A DNA stretch of 64,000 bases from Emiliania huxleyi CCMP1516 (lineage: Eukaryota). Both the position numbers and the translations under genes were made by a program. The stretch is taken from contig NW_005201298.1 in the NCBI RefSeq assembly GCF_000372725.1, positions 249,393-313,392 of the forward strand. Reading direction: 5' to 3'. Positions 26,522-37,000 of the stretch are shown here, one piece after another. The notes beneath the pieces are model-generated. The model saw only the letters and a program-made list of their open reading frames with translations. It was not told the origin of the DNA and made no database searches. Position 1 is the stretch's first letter. The number at the start of each line of letters is the position of its first letter.

Positions 26522-29377
26522 TCACGCGTTCTCCGTTCGAGAGCTCCCCGAGAGCGACGCCAGGCCCGGGGCGCCGTCGAGGAGCGCCGCCCCACCTCCT
26601 CCCGCCTCACCTCCTCCCGCCCCACCTCCTCCCGCCCCACCTCCCGCCCCTGCTCCCGCCCCTGCTCCCGCTCCTCGCCCGGCCGGGAGGGAGGAGGATG
26701 CCTCCGGGCATGGAGGCGCCGCCGCCGCGTCTCGCCCCGCGCAAATGAGGGGCGAGGCGCGAGGCAGCGGCGGCGGCAGCATGGCGCAAGCGGCGAGGGG
26801 CGGCGAGAGGGAGAGCTGGAGAGGCAACTCGGCATTCGGCGAGGAGGAGAGGCGCGGGGAGAGGCGGGGCGAGAGGCGCGGGGAGAGGCGGGGAGAGAGG
26901 TGGGGAGAGAGGTGGGGAGAGAGGTGGGGAGAGAGGTGCGGGGAGAGGCGAGCTGATGGCGTCCCAAACGGCGGCTCGAACGCGCCGAAGGGAGGCGCGC
27001 TGCTGGTCGGCGAGCCGCCCGACCGGCCGCACGAGCCCGGCCGGCTGCACGAGCCCGACCGAGTGCCGCGCGCAACGCTGCTCGCCGCGCCGATCGAGAT
27101 TGGGGCGGAGCCGCTGCCGCACTGCGGCGGCGTGGCGTGCGACGCCGTCGGGCGGGGAGGGCGGGCGGCGAAGCTCGGCGACGGCGCCGCGGAGAGCTGC
27201 GCGGGCGAGGCGGCGAGGGCGGCGGGCGAGTTGGCGGGAGGGTGGTGCGCTGGAGTGGCGGGGAGGGAGGAGAAGGTTCGGCGGAGGGAGTCGAGCTGCT
27301 CGGAAAAGTCGTCCACTGAGCGGGCGAGCGGCGAGGTGCCCAGCAGGTCGTCGGAGGGGTCGGGCCTGCTCACGAGTAGGGGTGAGTGATGGAGCGGTCG
27401 GACGGGAGAGAAGACTCGGGCCCTCGGTGGTGTGTGTTCCTCGAAAAGAGCTGCAGCGACGGCGCGTGCGATACCTCGAGAAGACACGAGGACGTGTCAC
27501 CATCATCACCGACGAGTCTCACTCTCATTCTCGTGCGAGCGCCTCGTCCAGGAAGGAGCCGAGCACAGCCTCGTGTCTCGTGGAGGCAGCCAGGCTGCCG
27601 CACTGCGACGCGCCTGCTGCGGCGGCGCCGCCGCCTCCCTCCGCCTCGCCCGCCTCGCCCGGCGCTCCTTCCTCGTCCATCAAGAAAGGGAGCTCGTCGA
27701 GCTGCCTAGCAGCAGCAGGACACGCCCGCACTCAACTTGCCATTCTTCCTCCGGAGCGGCGGCAGGGACGCTGATCCAGGCTGCCTCACGCCGCCAGAGA
27801 AGGAGGTGGAGCGGCGCCCGCCTGCCCGCCCGCCGTCCACGCTGCCCGCACCGGCGGCGGCCTCCAGCGCGCGCGGCGACCCCGCCACGCCCCCGCACGC
27901 CCCCGCCACGCCCCCGCACACACCGCCGAAGACGTCGATCACGGGCGGCGGCTCAGGCGCGCCGCGCCCAGAGGCGCAGAGTGCGGCGGCGGAGGGGGGT
28001 GCGGCGGAGGGGGAGGAGGTCACAGGCTTGGCCGAGGCGCTCGGCGGCCCCGCGGGGCTGGAGGCGAGCGAGCAGTCGGCGGCGGCGGCGGCGTTGCTGC
28101 TGCTGCCGCCGCCGGCGGCGGCGGCGGCGCTGCTGGCGGCGGCGCTGCTGGCGGCGGCGGCAGTGTGCGGCGCGTGCATGGAGGCGGCGGCGTGGATGGC
28201 GGCGAGTTCGGCGTTGGAGGAGCCTACGAGCTGGGCAGGCCAGCCTCAGGGAGCGGTGCCTCGTGCAGAGTGTTCGGAGCACCGCGTGGGTAGTAGCGAG
28301 GTAGTGGCGAGGTAGTAGGGAGGCGAGTACAGCGGACTGCGTGGTCTCGCGAGCGGCAGTGTGGAGACGAGGAGGAGGAGGCGGTGTTGGGGCTTCTAGG
28401 GTGCGAGAGGAGCCTCCGCTGAGCTCCGCGAGTGTGAAGGGCGAGCCAGGCCCTCCCTCTGCGGGAGAGTGCCGGGCAAGCGGGCCGGTTCCATGGCCGC
28501 TGGAGGAGGGCGGCGGCACGACCGGCACCGGTGGAGACGGCGCGTGCGGCGCCGAGGCGGGGCGAGGGAGGAGGCCGAAGCGAGGGTTGGAGCCGTCTGC
28601 GCCGAGGGCGGCCTCGTCGAGCGTGGCGACGGCGGGCGGCTGCCTCGCCCCCTCCGTCGGCAGGTAGTTTGCGATGAGCGCCGCGCTCATCATCCGATCG
28701 GAGGAGCAGCGGACGGCGGCAGCGGCCGGCCGAGCAGTGCGGGTGAAGAGGGAGGGGGGGCGGTACGAGACGGCAATGCGGAGCTTGCCGTGGGTGGAGT
28801 CGGGAGGCGAAAAGGCGTGCTGCTGCGGGCTCACCCCCGCCGCAAAGTCGAGCGGCGCCGCCTCGGGGCTGGCCTCGGAGCTGCGTCCGCCGTGCGGCCC
28901 GCCGATGCAGACGCGGAAGCCGAGCGCTGGCGCGTCGGAGGCGTGTCCGAGGCGGCCGAGGGAGGAGGCGAGGCGGTGGGCGGGCATGAGGCGGAGGAAG
29001 GCGGCGAGCGAGCGGAGCAGCACCATGAACCGCTTGTAAAACGTCGGCCACCCGATCGCCTCCGGCGCGTGCGGTGCCGGCTCGTAGCGCAGTGTCCACC
29101 GCTCGAGAAGCACGAGATTAGGCTCGTTGGGCTGGGCGCCGACGGCAGCGCGCACCGCGGAGGAGGACGTGTCGATGAAGATGTCGAGCTGGAGCGGCTG
29201 CGAGATGCGCTGCTTCCACCCCTCGAGCCGGTCACGGACGCAAGCGACCTCCTCCGACTCGAGGTTGAACCAGTGGTTTGGAGTGCCGCGTCCGAGAGGC
29301 ACACGCGCACGCAGGACGAGCTCGAGCGTCTTCTGGACGCAGTTTCGCACAACGAGCTGCAGCTTCTGCGCCTCCAT
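26522..29377 (-). CDS. ATG13: Autophagy protein ATG13 (HORMA domain plus disordered tail), multi-exon
   Basis: KTLELVLRAR, NHWFNLE, PLQLDIF, VLLERW, FYKRFMVLLRSLAAFLRLMPAHRL, then an S/P/A-rich tail containing DELPFLMD. Confidence 0.85.
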
Positions 29378-29466
29378 GCGCGCGGCCGGCCACAAGGGCG
29401 GGCGGGCAGGGCTTAGCGGGATGAGGCGCACGGTTTTCTTTTTCCACGGCCTCCCACCCCACCGCC

Positions 29467-29517
<51 letters not shown>

Positions 29518-29760
29518 ACCGCCTCCTTCTCCACCGCCTCTATTCGGTCAACCTCGCGGCGCATGCGGAAGCTGCTCGACAGGCGACTTCATTGCGATGA
29601 TTCACGAGAAAACTCCCTCGCAGGGGGGAAAAGATATTAACAATGAAGGCGCTCTCAAAAAGACTGCACTCCAAGTGCTCCAAGTGCTCCAAAAAGAATT
29701 TTACGAAAGAACTCTCTCGAAAAAAGAATTTTTCATGACGCGGCTCCGTAGCTTGTCCGG

Positions 29761-29855
29761 CGGCTAGCGCATCACACACCTCTCCTTAAAATCCCTGTGT
29801 GGTGGCGGCGTGCCGTCCTCCCATCCCTCCCTTGGTTGTCCGTTTTCTTTCTTTC
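29761..29855 (+). mobile_element. 5'-truncated non-LTR retroelement tail (family A)
   Basis: Near-identical to 50662-50760 and ends in (TTTC)n. No clear TSD. Confidence 0.8.
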
Positions 29856-30558
29856 GCTCGGCGGGAGCTCCGCCGCCACCAACGCCGAAGCACGCCGACG
29901 CGCCAAGGTCTCGTCCGACGCAGCGCGCAAGGCGGCGTTCCACGCCCGCGGCTCGCAATACTTCATCTCGAGCCCCGGCGTCAGATACTCCTACGAGTGG
30001 CTCCGCCCCTGGGCCAATAACGAGGCAGCCAAAGCTGTCGACGCCGAGTTCGGCAGCCGATTCGCCTTAGTTACAACTGAAGGAGGGGGCGCGGCTCGGA
30101 GATGGCAAGGCACGGCGAGGGCAAACGTGCGCGGCTATTATGACGCTTTTAGGGGCTCCAAAATCTCCTTTTCAGTGGTAAGCGCCACCTGGCACCTCGC
30201 GCCGTGCCCCCCAGCCGCGTGTGCGATCGCCCACGGATCCGGGGCGGGGGATGGGAGCCCGAAACGTCCACGCGCAAGTATGCTCGGAGGCTCGTCAGAA
30301 TGGTTTTTCAAGCGTTGTGACTTGTGTCATCGTGCCACAAAACGACCCCTGGAATTGCGACTCGCCGCTCGTTTCCTCTCCCGCTGTGATTCTGTTGCGT
30401 GTGTGGAGAAGTTTACCTTACCTTACCTTACCTTTTACGACTACGTATGGCGTTTGAGCGCGCGCTCTATAGTCTCGAGAGTGTAAGGCGTTATAGTCGC
30501 TCACTGACAGCCTCAGGTGGCACACTCTCCCAAAATTGCCAGCGAGGGCCGCCGGCAC

Positions 30559-32398
30559 TCACTGACTCGGTCCCAGCGGCGCCAGCCAAGGGGAGAGATG
30601 CCCCTCCGCCATCTCCCAGACGCGGCGGCCAAACGCCTCGTCGCGGGCGGCGGGCGCGCACGCGACGGGCGCGCACCGCTCGAGGTAGGCGCCGCGCAGC
30701 GATGAGACCTGTTCACAGCCAGCGGCGTGAAGAGACGCCGTTTACAGCAGTCTGGCAGTGTCTAGGAAGGAGACGTCGTCGCTGCCGGCAAAGACGACTG
30801 TCTAGGAAGTGTCTAGGAAGTGTCTAGAGGTGTCTAGGAAGCGTCTAGGGGCGGGGAGGAGACGTTGTCGCTGCCGGCGGCGAAGACGGTCGTCGCGGCC
30901 CCGTCGGCGAGGGGCGGCTGGAGGAAGCGGAAGAGGGGCGAGGCGACGGCGTAGAGCAACCGGACGGGCGCGGGGAAGTTGCGAGTGACGTCGGTGAGTG
31001 CGTTGGCCTAAGACTTGTCCTCAGGCTGACTGGACCAGCCCTCCCTCCTCGCGTCACGGCGGTGAGGGCGCCGGCCGGGTGCAAGCTCACACACACCACG
31101 CCGCTCGCGCCCTCGCGCCGCTGCAGCTCCGCCGTCAGGGCGACCTACTCCCGGCGCGACCTCGGCGCGTTCTCGGCGTGCTCCCGCGCGTCTGCAGCTC
31201 AGCAGTCCGGGCCCGGCCTGCGCGAGCTTTGAGCGCGCGTACGCGGGGAAGAGCGAGTAGGAGGCCTCGCTCATCGGGTCGGCGAGCAAGGTGGCGGGGT
31301 CTCCGTAGTGGTGCAGACAGGAGGCGACCTGCGAGCATGGGCTCGGGCGATCTCGGGAGATCTCGGGCGATCTCGGGAGAACTCGGGTGATCTGAGGTCA
31401 TCCCCGGGTGATCCCGGGAGATCTCGGGAGATCTCGGGAGATCTCGGGAGATCTCGGGAGATCTCGGAAGATCTCGGGTCCGTGGCGGCGACCGAGACGA
31501 CGCGGCCTCGCGAGCGGCGCAGCAGCGGCAGCAGCAGGCGGGCGAGGAGGTGGTGGCCTAAGGTCATCAGCTCGCTGAGAACTCATCGACTAGTTCATAC
31601 GCAGCAGCAGCAGGGCGAGAGAGGTCGTGGCCGAGGGCGTGGCAGGCGAGGTTGGCTTCCCAGCCGTCGCGCGTCACACGCCTCTCTGGGTGCATCGCCC
31701 CCGCGTTGCAGATGAGCGCGTCGCACCTCCCGCCGGTAGCGAGGAGCTGCGCGGCGAAGGCTCGCACGGAGGCGCAGCTCTCCAGGTCGAGAGCGAGGAA
31801 GAGCGCGCGTTCGGGCGGCGCACCCGAGGCGCTGCAGGCGGCGCGGCACGCGGCGCGGCCTCGGGCCTGCTCAGCAAAGTAGCTCGTTGATGGACACACA
31901 GCTTGCAAGGCGGCGAGGCAGCGCGCCTCGCTGCGGCAGGCCAATATAACACATAATAAATGTAATATAGCGCGCCTCGCTGCGGCAGGCAAAGATGACT
32001 GTCGCGCCGCGCTCCAGCAGCTGCTCCGCCGTCGCGAGCCCGAGGCCGGCGGAGCTGCCCGTCACCACGACTGTACGGCCAGTGAGTGGCGGAAGCGGAG
32101 GCAGAGGGATGCGGACGAGCAGGCGGTGGGTCGCGAGGCAGGCGAGCCCACCCGCGGCGCCCAGCAGGGCCTCGTGCCCAACTGCGGCCGGCGCCACACG
32201 AGAGAGGTACAGCAACGAGCCCGTGGCCACGACGGCGACCGCGGCCCGCCTGGCGCCGGCCTCGCCCGAGACGGCGCTAAGCAGGAAGACGCCCAGCGCG
32301 TAGAGAAATGCGAGGAGGCAGGCGGCTGCTGCTGGCTTCGCGGCGACGCCGAAGAACGTCACGGCGAGGGCGAGGGCAACGACGAAGTCGAGCTGCAT
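30559..32398 (-). CDS. Short-chain dehydrogenase/reductase (retinol-dehydrogenase-like) with N-terminal TM segments, multi-exon
   Basis: VVVTGSSAGLG, LDLESCASVRAFA, LICNAG, LGHHLL, YARSKLAQ (YxxxK), VSLHP, GAYLERC. Confidence 0.9.
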
Positions 32399-32686
32399 CG
32401 GTCGGGCAAGGCTGGGGAGAATTTTACCATGCAAGCCCTATCACAGCAGACTGGCTCGGACTGGAGGACCACTGGAGAAGTGGATTCGGGCCTGGAACAA
32501 AGAATTCTTTACCTAGGTGGATATCATTTGGTGGCCGCGTTGGGTAGCGAGGATTGGTGTGACGCGATCCACGCAGGCGTGTTTTCTGACGGCCGACCGT
32601 CAGTGCACGGAGTTGCCCCTTCTCCGACTGCCCCGGCTAGTTCCCGAGGTCGCGCGGGGCTGACCCCTGGCCCTGCGTCCCCCAAA

Positions 32687-32790
32687 AGAAAGAAAGAAAA
32701 GAGACAACCCAAGGGAGGGATGGGAGGACGGCACGCCGCCACCACACAGGGATTTTAAGGAGAGGTGTGTGGTGCGCTAGCCGTCGCCCA
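32687..32790 (-). mobile_element. 5'-truncated non-LTR retroelement tail (family A) with ~15 bp TSD
   Basis: Matches 50655-50760 in reverse and is flanked by CCTGCGTCCCCCAAA at 32672-32686 and 32791-32805. Confidence 0.85.
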
Positions 32791-33120
32791 CCTGCGTCCC
32801 CCAAAGAATTCATCGAGGCCAAGTAAATTTCTCGCTCGACATTAGGCACGGGACTGGCGCGCACTGGCCCTAACACAGGTAAAGAATTCGTGCTGATCTA
32901 AAGACGGTTTTTCATTCGCGAGCGTGTGTCCCCCTGGAGCCTGGTGTCCCCGCTCGCGCCGCATGGCGCCTTAGCCCTTCGTACACATGCGGCCCGCATT
33001 TATGGCTTCGACGCGATAAAGAGTCGGGTACAACCATAAACTACGCTGAGTCTCGAACATCAATGTCCCACCCCGGCTCCGACCCGCACGGCGGCACGCC
33101 CACGAGCCTGGACTACGCGC

Positions 33121-33777
33121 TTAAAACGGGCCGATTTGCAAGCCCGCCGCCTCGGAGATGACAGGCACCTGGTCGGGCAGTTCGCCGCGCGCGTTCGAGT
33201 AGAGCGCGTAGGTGACGACCAGCGCCATCGTGTAAAAGACAAAGTTTGAGCCGAGGATGGCGACGGAAGAAGGGACCATCCCGGCGGCGCCCGAGAAGAG
33301 CGACGGGATGATGAGCAGGATGTCGAGGACGAGGGCCTGCTGGATGTTGAAGCGCACGAAGCGCGAGAGGCCCGAGTCGGGGCGCGTGAAGAAGGAGAGC
33401 CCGATGAAGAAGATGATGCCGGAGAAGGGCAGCGAGTTGAAGGCGACCACGAGCGGCAGCACCGCCTCCGCAAAGCCGACGCCGCCGGGCACGTTGTTGA
33501 AGACGTACAGCCCGTACTGGAAGCCGTCCAGGAAGGGAAGCACGTACGGCAGCGTCGCAAACACACGCTCCACCGCCGGTGGCTCTCCCGACATGCGCGC
33601 CGCCGCTCGCGGCGGAGCGGCAGCAGCGGCTCTGCACCTGGCCAGCGGCGCCGTGCTCGAGCCCGGCGTGCGGGCAAAGGACGCAGCGCTGCGGGAAAAG
33701 GAGGCAGCGCTGCGGGAAAAGTGCGACGGCGAGAAGGCCACGCTGAGCGAGCACAGCGCAGCGTGAGCGAGCGCCAT
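33121..33777 (-). CDS. TIC20: Tic20-family plastid import protein with bipartite targeting signal
   Basis: ERVFATLPYVLPFLDG, LSRFVRFNIQQALVLDI; N-terminus MALAHAALCSLSVAF plus an S/R/A-rich transit peptide. Confidence 0.85.
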   Translation of the reverse strand: MALAHAALCSLSVAFSPSHFSRSAASFSRSAASFARTPGSSTAPLARCRAAAAAPPRAAARMSGEPPAVERVFATLPYVLPFLDGFQYGLYVFNNVPGGVGFAEAVLPLVVAFNSLPFSGIIFFIGLSFFTRPDSGLSRFVRFNIQQALVLDILLIIPSLFSGAAGMVPSSVAILGSNFVFYTMALVVTYALYSNARGELPDQVPVISEAAGLQIGPF

Positions 33778-34019
33778 ATGCCAAGGCAGAGAAAAAGCTG
33801 CCCGCCTTGACCCAACATAGAGGGCGTTGTGTAGCCTAGCTTTTGGGTAAAATAAAAAAGCTGCGGTAAGATTCAATCATCGAAATAATCGAAATCGAAA
33901 ATATAAAAGTCCCAGTGGTTTCTTCCCGTGCTAACCTTGGCCTCCTGTGTGGTCCGCCACTGTCGGCAAGTGGCTCAAGCTCGGCCGCGGGCTGCTGCAG
34001 GCTTCCGCGTCGCCGCCGG

Positions 34020-37000
34020 ATGTCCGGCCTACGCGTGCGCACGCCCAAGAAGGCGCGCGCGCGCCCTCCAGTGCCGCTGCCACGCTGCCGACCGCGCGCG
34101 GGCCTCGGTCGCTCACCGCCGCCCGCCCTCTCCCGCAGGCAAAGGACAACTACGACGAGGCGATCGAGGAGTACGAGCGGGAGCAGAACCCCAAGGCGAT
34201 CAAGAATCGCGTGCGCAAGGCGCAAAAGGCGGCGGAGCAGGCGCTCGTGACGGGCGACAAGATGGCGCGCTGCGGCGCGGCGCTCAAGCTGCTCGGCTTG
34301 CGCGACGACGCGTACTGGTTCCAGGAGCCGGTGCCGGTGGGCGAGGTGCCCGACTACCTGGACATCGTCGAGGAGCCGATGGACTTCCGCACCATCGCCG
34401 GCCGCCTCGCCGGCGGCGAGTACGGCGACGACGCGCTCGCGTTTGCGTCGGACGTGCGGAAGGTCTTTACGAACGCCGTCAAGTACAACTGGTCGCCCGA
34501 CCACCCGTGCAACATCGCTGCGCGGGCGGGGCTGCGCGAGTTCGAGCAGCTCTTCGCGCGCGCGAACGGCAACGGCTCCGCCCCCAAGCCGCCCCCGCCC
34601 GCCGCCCAGCCGCACAAGAAGCGCCACCGCGATGGCGGAGGAGGAGCCGTGGCCGGCAGCAGCAGCGGCGCGTCGGCGGCGGCGGTCGTCGGCGGCGGCG
34701 GCGGGGCGTCGGCGGCGGGCGGGGGCGGAGGCGGAGGGGGCGTCAAGCGTGCGCGCATGCGCGGCTCTGCCTCCGAGGCTGGCTCGGCGGACAGAGACCG
34801 CGAGCCGACCGGGCGCCGTCCACGAACCTTCTCGGAACCTTCCGGTAGGCTGGGTCGGCGGACAGAGACCGCGAGCTCATCGCGGGTCTGGGCGAGTACC
34901 TCGTGTCGTGCGGCGGCGCGGAGGGGCTGGTGGACGGCTGGTACACCCGGACGGAGGTCCGCAAGGGAGGGGGCACGGCCGGCACGTTCGACACGTACTT
35001 CTTCACGCCCGCCGGGAAGCGCTTCCGATCTCGCGCCGAGATCGCGCGGTTCTTCCAGCTCGAGGCGGCGCCGGCGAAGTCTGCCAAGTCGCAGGACGCC
35101 GAGGAGAGGAAGGCGCTGAAGAGCGCCGAGCGCGAGGCGAAGAAGCAGCAGAAGGAGGAAGCTGCGGCGGCGCGCCAGGCGCAGCTCGACGCGGAGAGGG
35201 CGCTGCGAGAGCGGTGCGCAGTCCGCCGGCGAGGCGCTGTTGGCTGGTCAGTGTGGGTAGCGGCGCATTGTGAATGAACAGGTACCCCGTCCCCGACGAG
35301 CGGCTGGCGGAGGAGGAGCCGCACGAGCCTCCTCTCGGCCCTCGCCCGACACCGCTGCCAGCAGGAACCGGCGCCGTGCCCGCCTCGGCTGTCGGCGACT
35401 TGCTGCAGGAGACGCGTCCCAGTCCGCTCCCCAGACACCGGGCAGGCCCTTCCCCAGACACCGGACAGGCCCTTCCCCAGACACCGGGCAGTCCCTTCCC
35501 CAGACACCGGACAGGCCCTTCCCCAGACACCGGACAGGCCCTTCCCCAGACACCGGGCAGGCCCTTCCCCAGACACCGGACAGGCCCTTCCCCAGACACC
35601 GGACAGGCCCTTCCCCAGACACCGGACAGGCCCTTGCCCAGACACCGGACAGCCCTCTCGGCCTGCTGCAGGTTTGCGACTTCCTGCGCGCACTCGGCCC
35701 CCAGCTGCAGCTGCCCTCGTACTCGCCTTCGGAGCTCGCGGCGGCACTGGTCGCGTCGGAGGGCGAGGCTGATGAATAGCTGAGTAACAGCTGAGTAACA
35801 GCCAGCGAATTAATGACAGGTCGAGTCGGAGGGCGAGCCGAACCCGAAGCTCGCTGACCTGACGCAGGCTTGCACTCTTGTGTGGTAGGACAGTGTATTG
35901 CAGCATCTCATAGCCGGCTTGGCGCAGGCTTGCACTCTGCCTTGCAGCAGCGATCATAGCTGGCCGGCCTGCCGCAGGCGCTGCTGCAGCTCGTGCTGAC
36001 CGACAAGTCGCTCGGCGAGTGGTGGGGCGTGCGGGAGGCGCCGAACGGGCCAAAGGCGGCCTTTGCGAGGGCGTCGTCCGACTCGAAGAAGGTCAAGTGG
36101 TGGGAGGCGGACGCGAAGCCGCTGCTCAAGGTCGACCTCGAGGCGATCCTCGCGTCGAGCGAGCCGACGTCGCGCACTCGCCGCTGGGTGGCGCAGCTCG
36201 AGACGGTTGCTCCGATGCGCACAAACACCGGCGTCCCGATCCGGCAAGCGCTGGTTGCGGCGAGGGCCATCTCCTCCGACGGCGAGGTGCGGAGGTACCT
36301 CGACCGCGCAATCTCGCACTGGAAGGGCAACGCCGCGGGCACGACAAAGTTCGCCGCTCTTTGGCTCGCGGCCCAGGTCCGGCGGAGCCGGCCGCAGATC
36401 TTCACGGCGGAGGGGATGGCGGCGGTCGAGGCGGAGGAGGACGGCGGCGTGGACACGTCCTTGGACACGTCCGAGGACGTGCCCCCGCCCGAGGAGGAGG
36501 AGGACGGCGCCTCGGAGCTCGCGCCGTCGGAGGTTGCTAATTAATATTAATTAGCTATTAATTAGCCTCGGAGCTCGCGCCGTCGGAGGTTGCTCCGTCG
36601 GAGTTAATTAATAGCTCATTTTTAGCTCTGTGATCGTTAGTAGCTCATTGCTTGATTACAGGCTGCTCCTTCGGAGCTAATTAATAGCTCATTACTAGCT
36701 CATTGATCGCTCATTACTAGCTCACTGCTTGATTACAGGCTGCTCCGTCGGAGCTAATTGATAGCTCATTACTAGCTCATTGATCGCTCGTTAGTAGCTC
36801 ATTGCTTGATTACAGGCTGCCCCCTCGGAGCTAGTTGATAGCTCATTACTAGCTCATTGATCGCTCATTAGTAGCTCATTGCTTGATTACAGGCTGCCCC
36901 CTCGGAGCTAGTTGATAGCTCATTACTAGCTCATTAATCGCTCATTATAGTTCATTGCTTGATTACAGGCTGCCCCCTCGGAGCTGCCGGACGAGCTCGA

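Noticed and set aside
29797..30486. 229 aa ORF
   Set aside because: It starts inside a retroposon UTR, runs through a (CCTTA)n tract and shows no recognisable domain.
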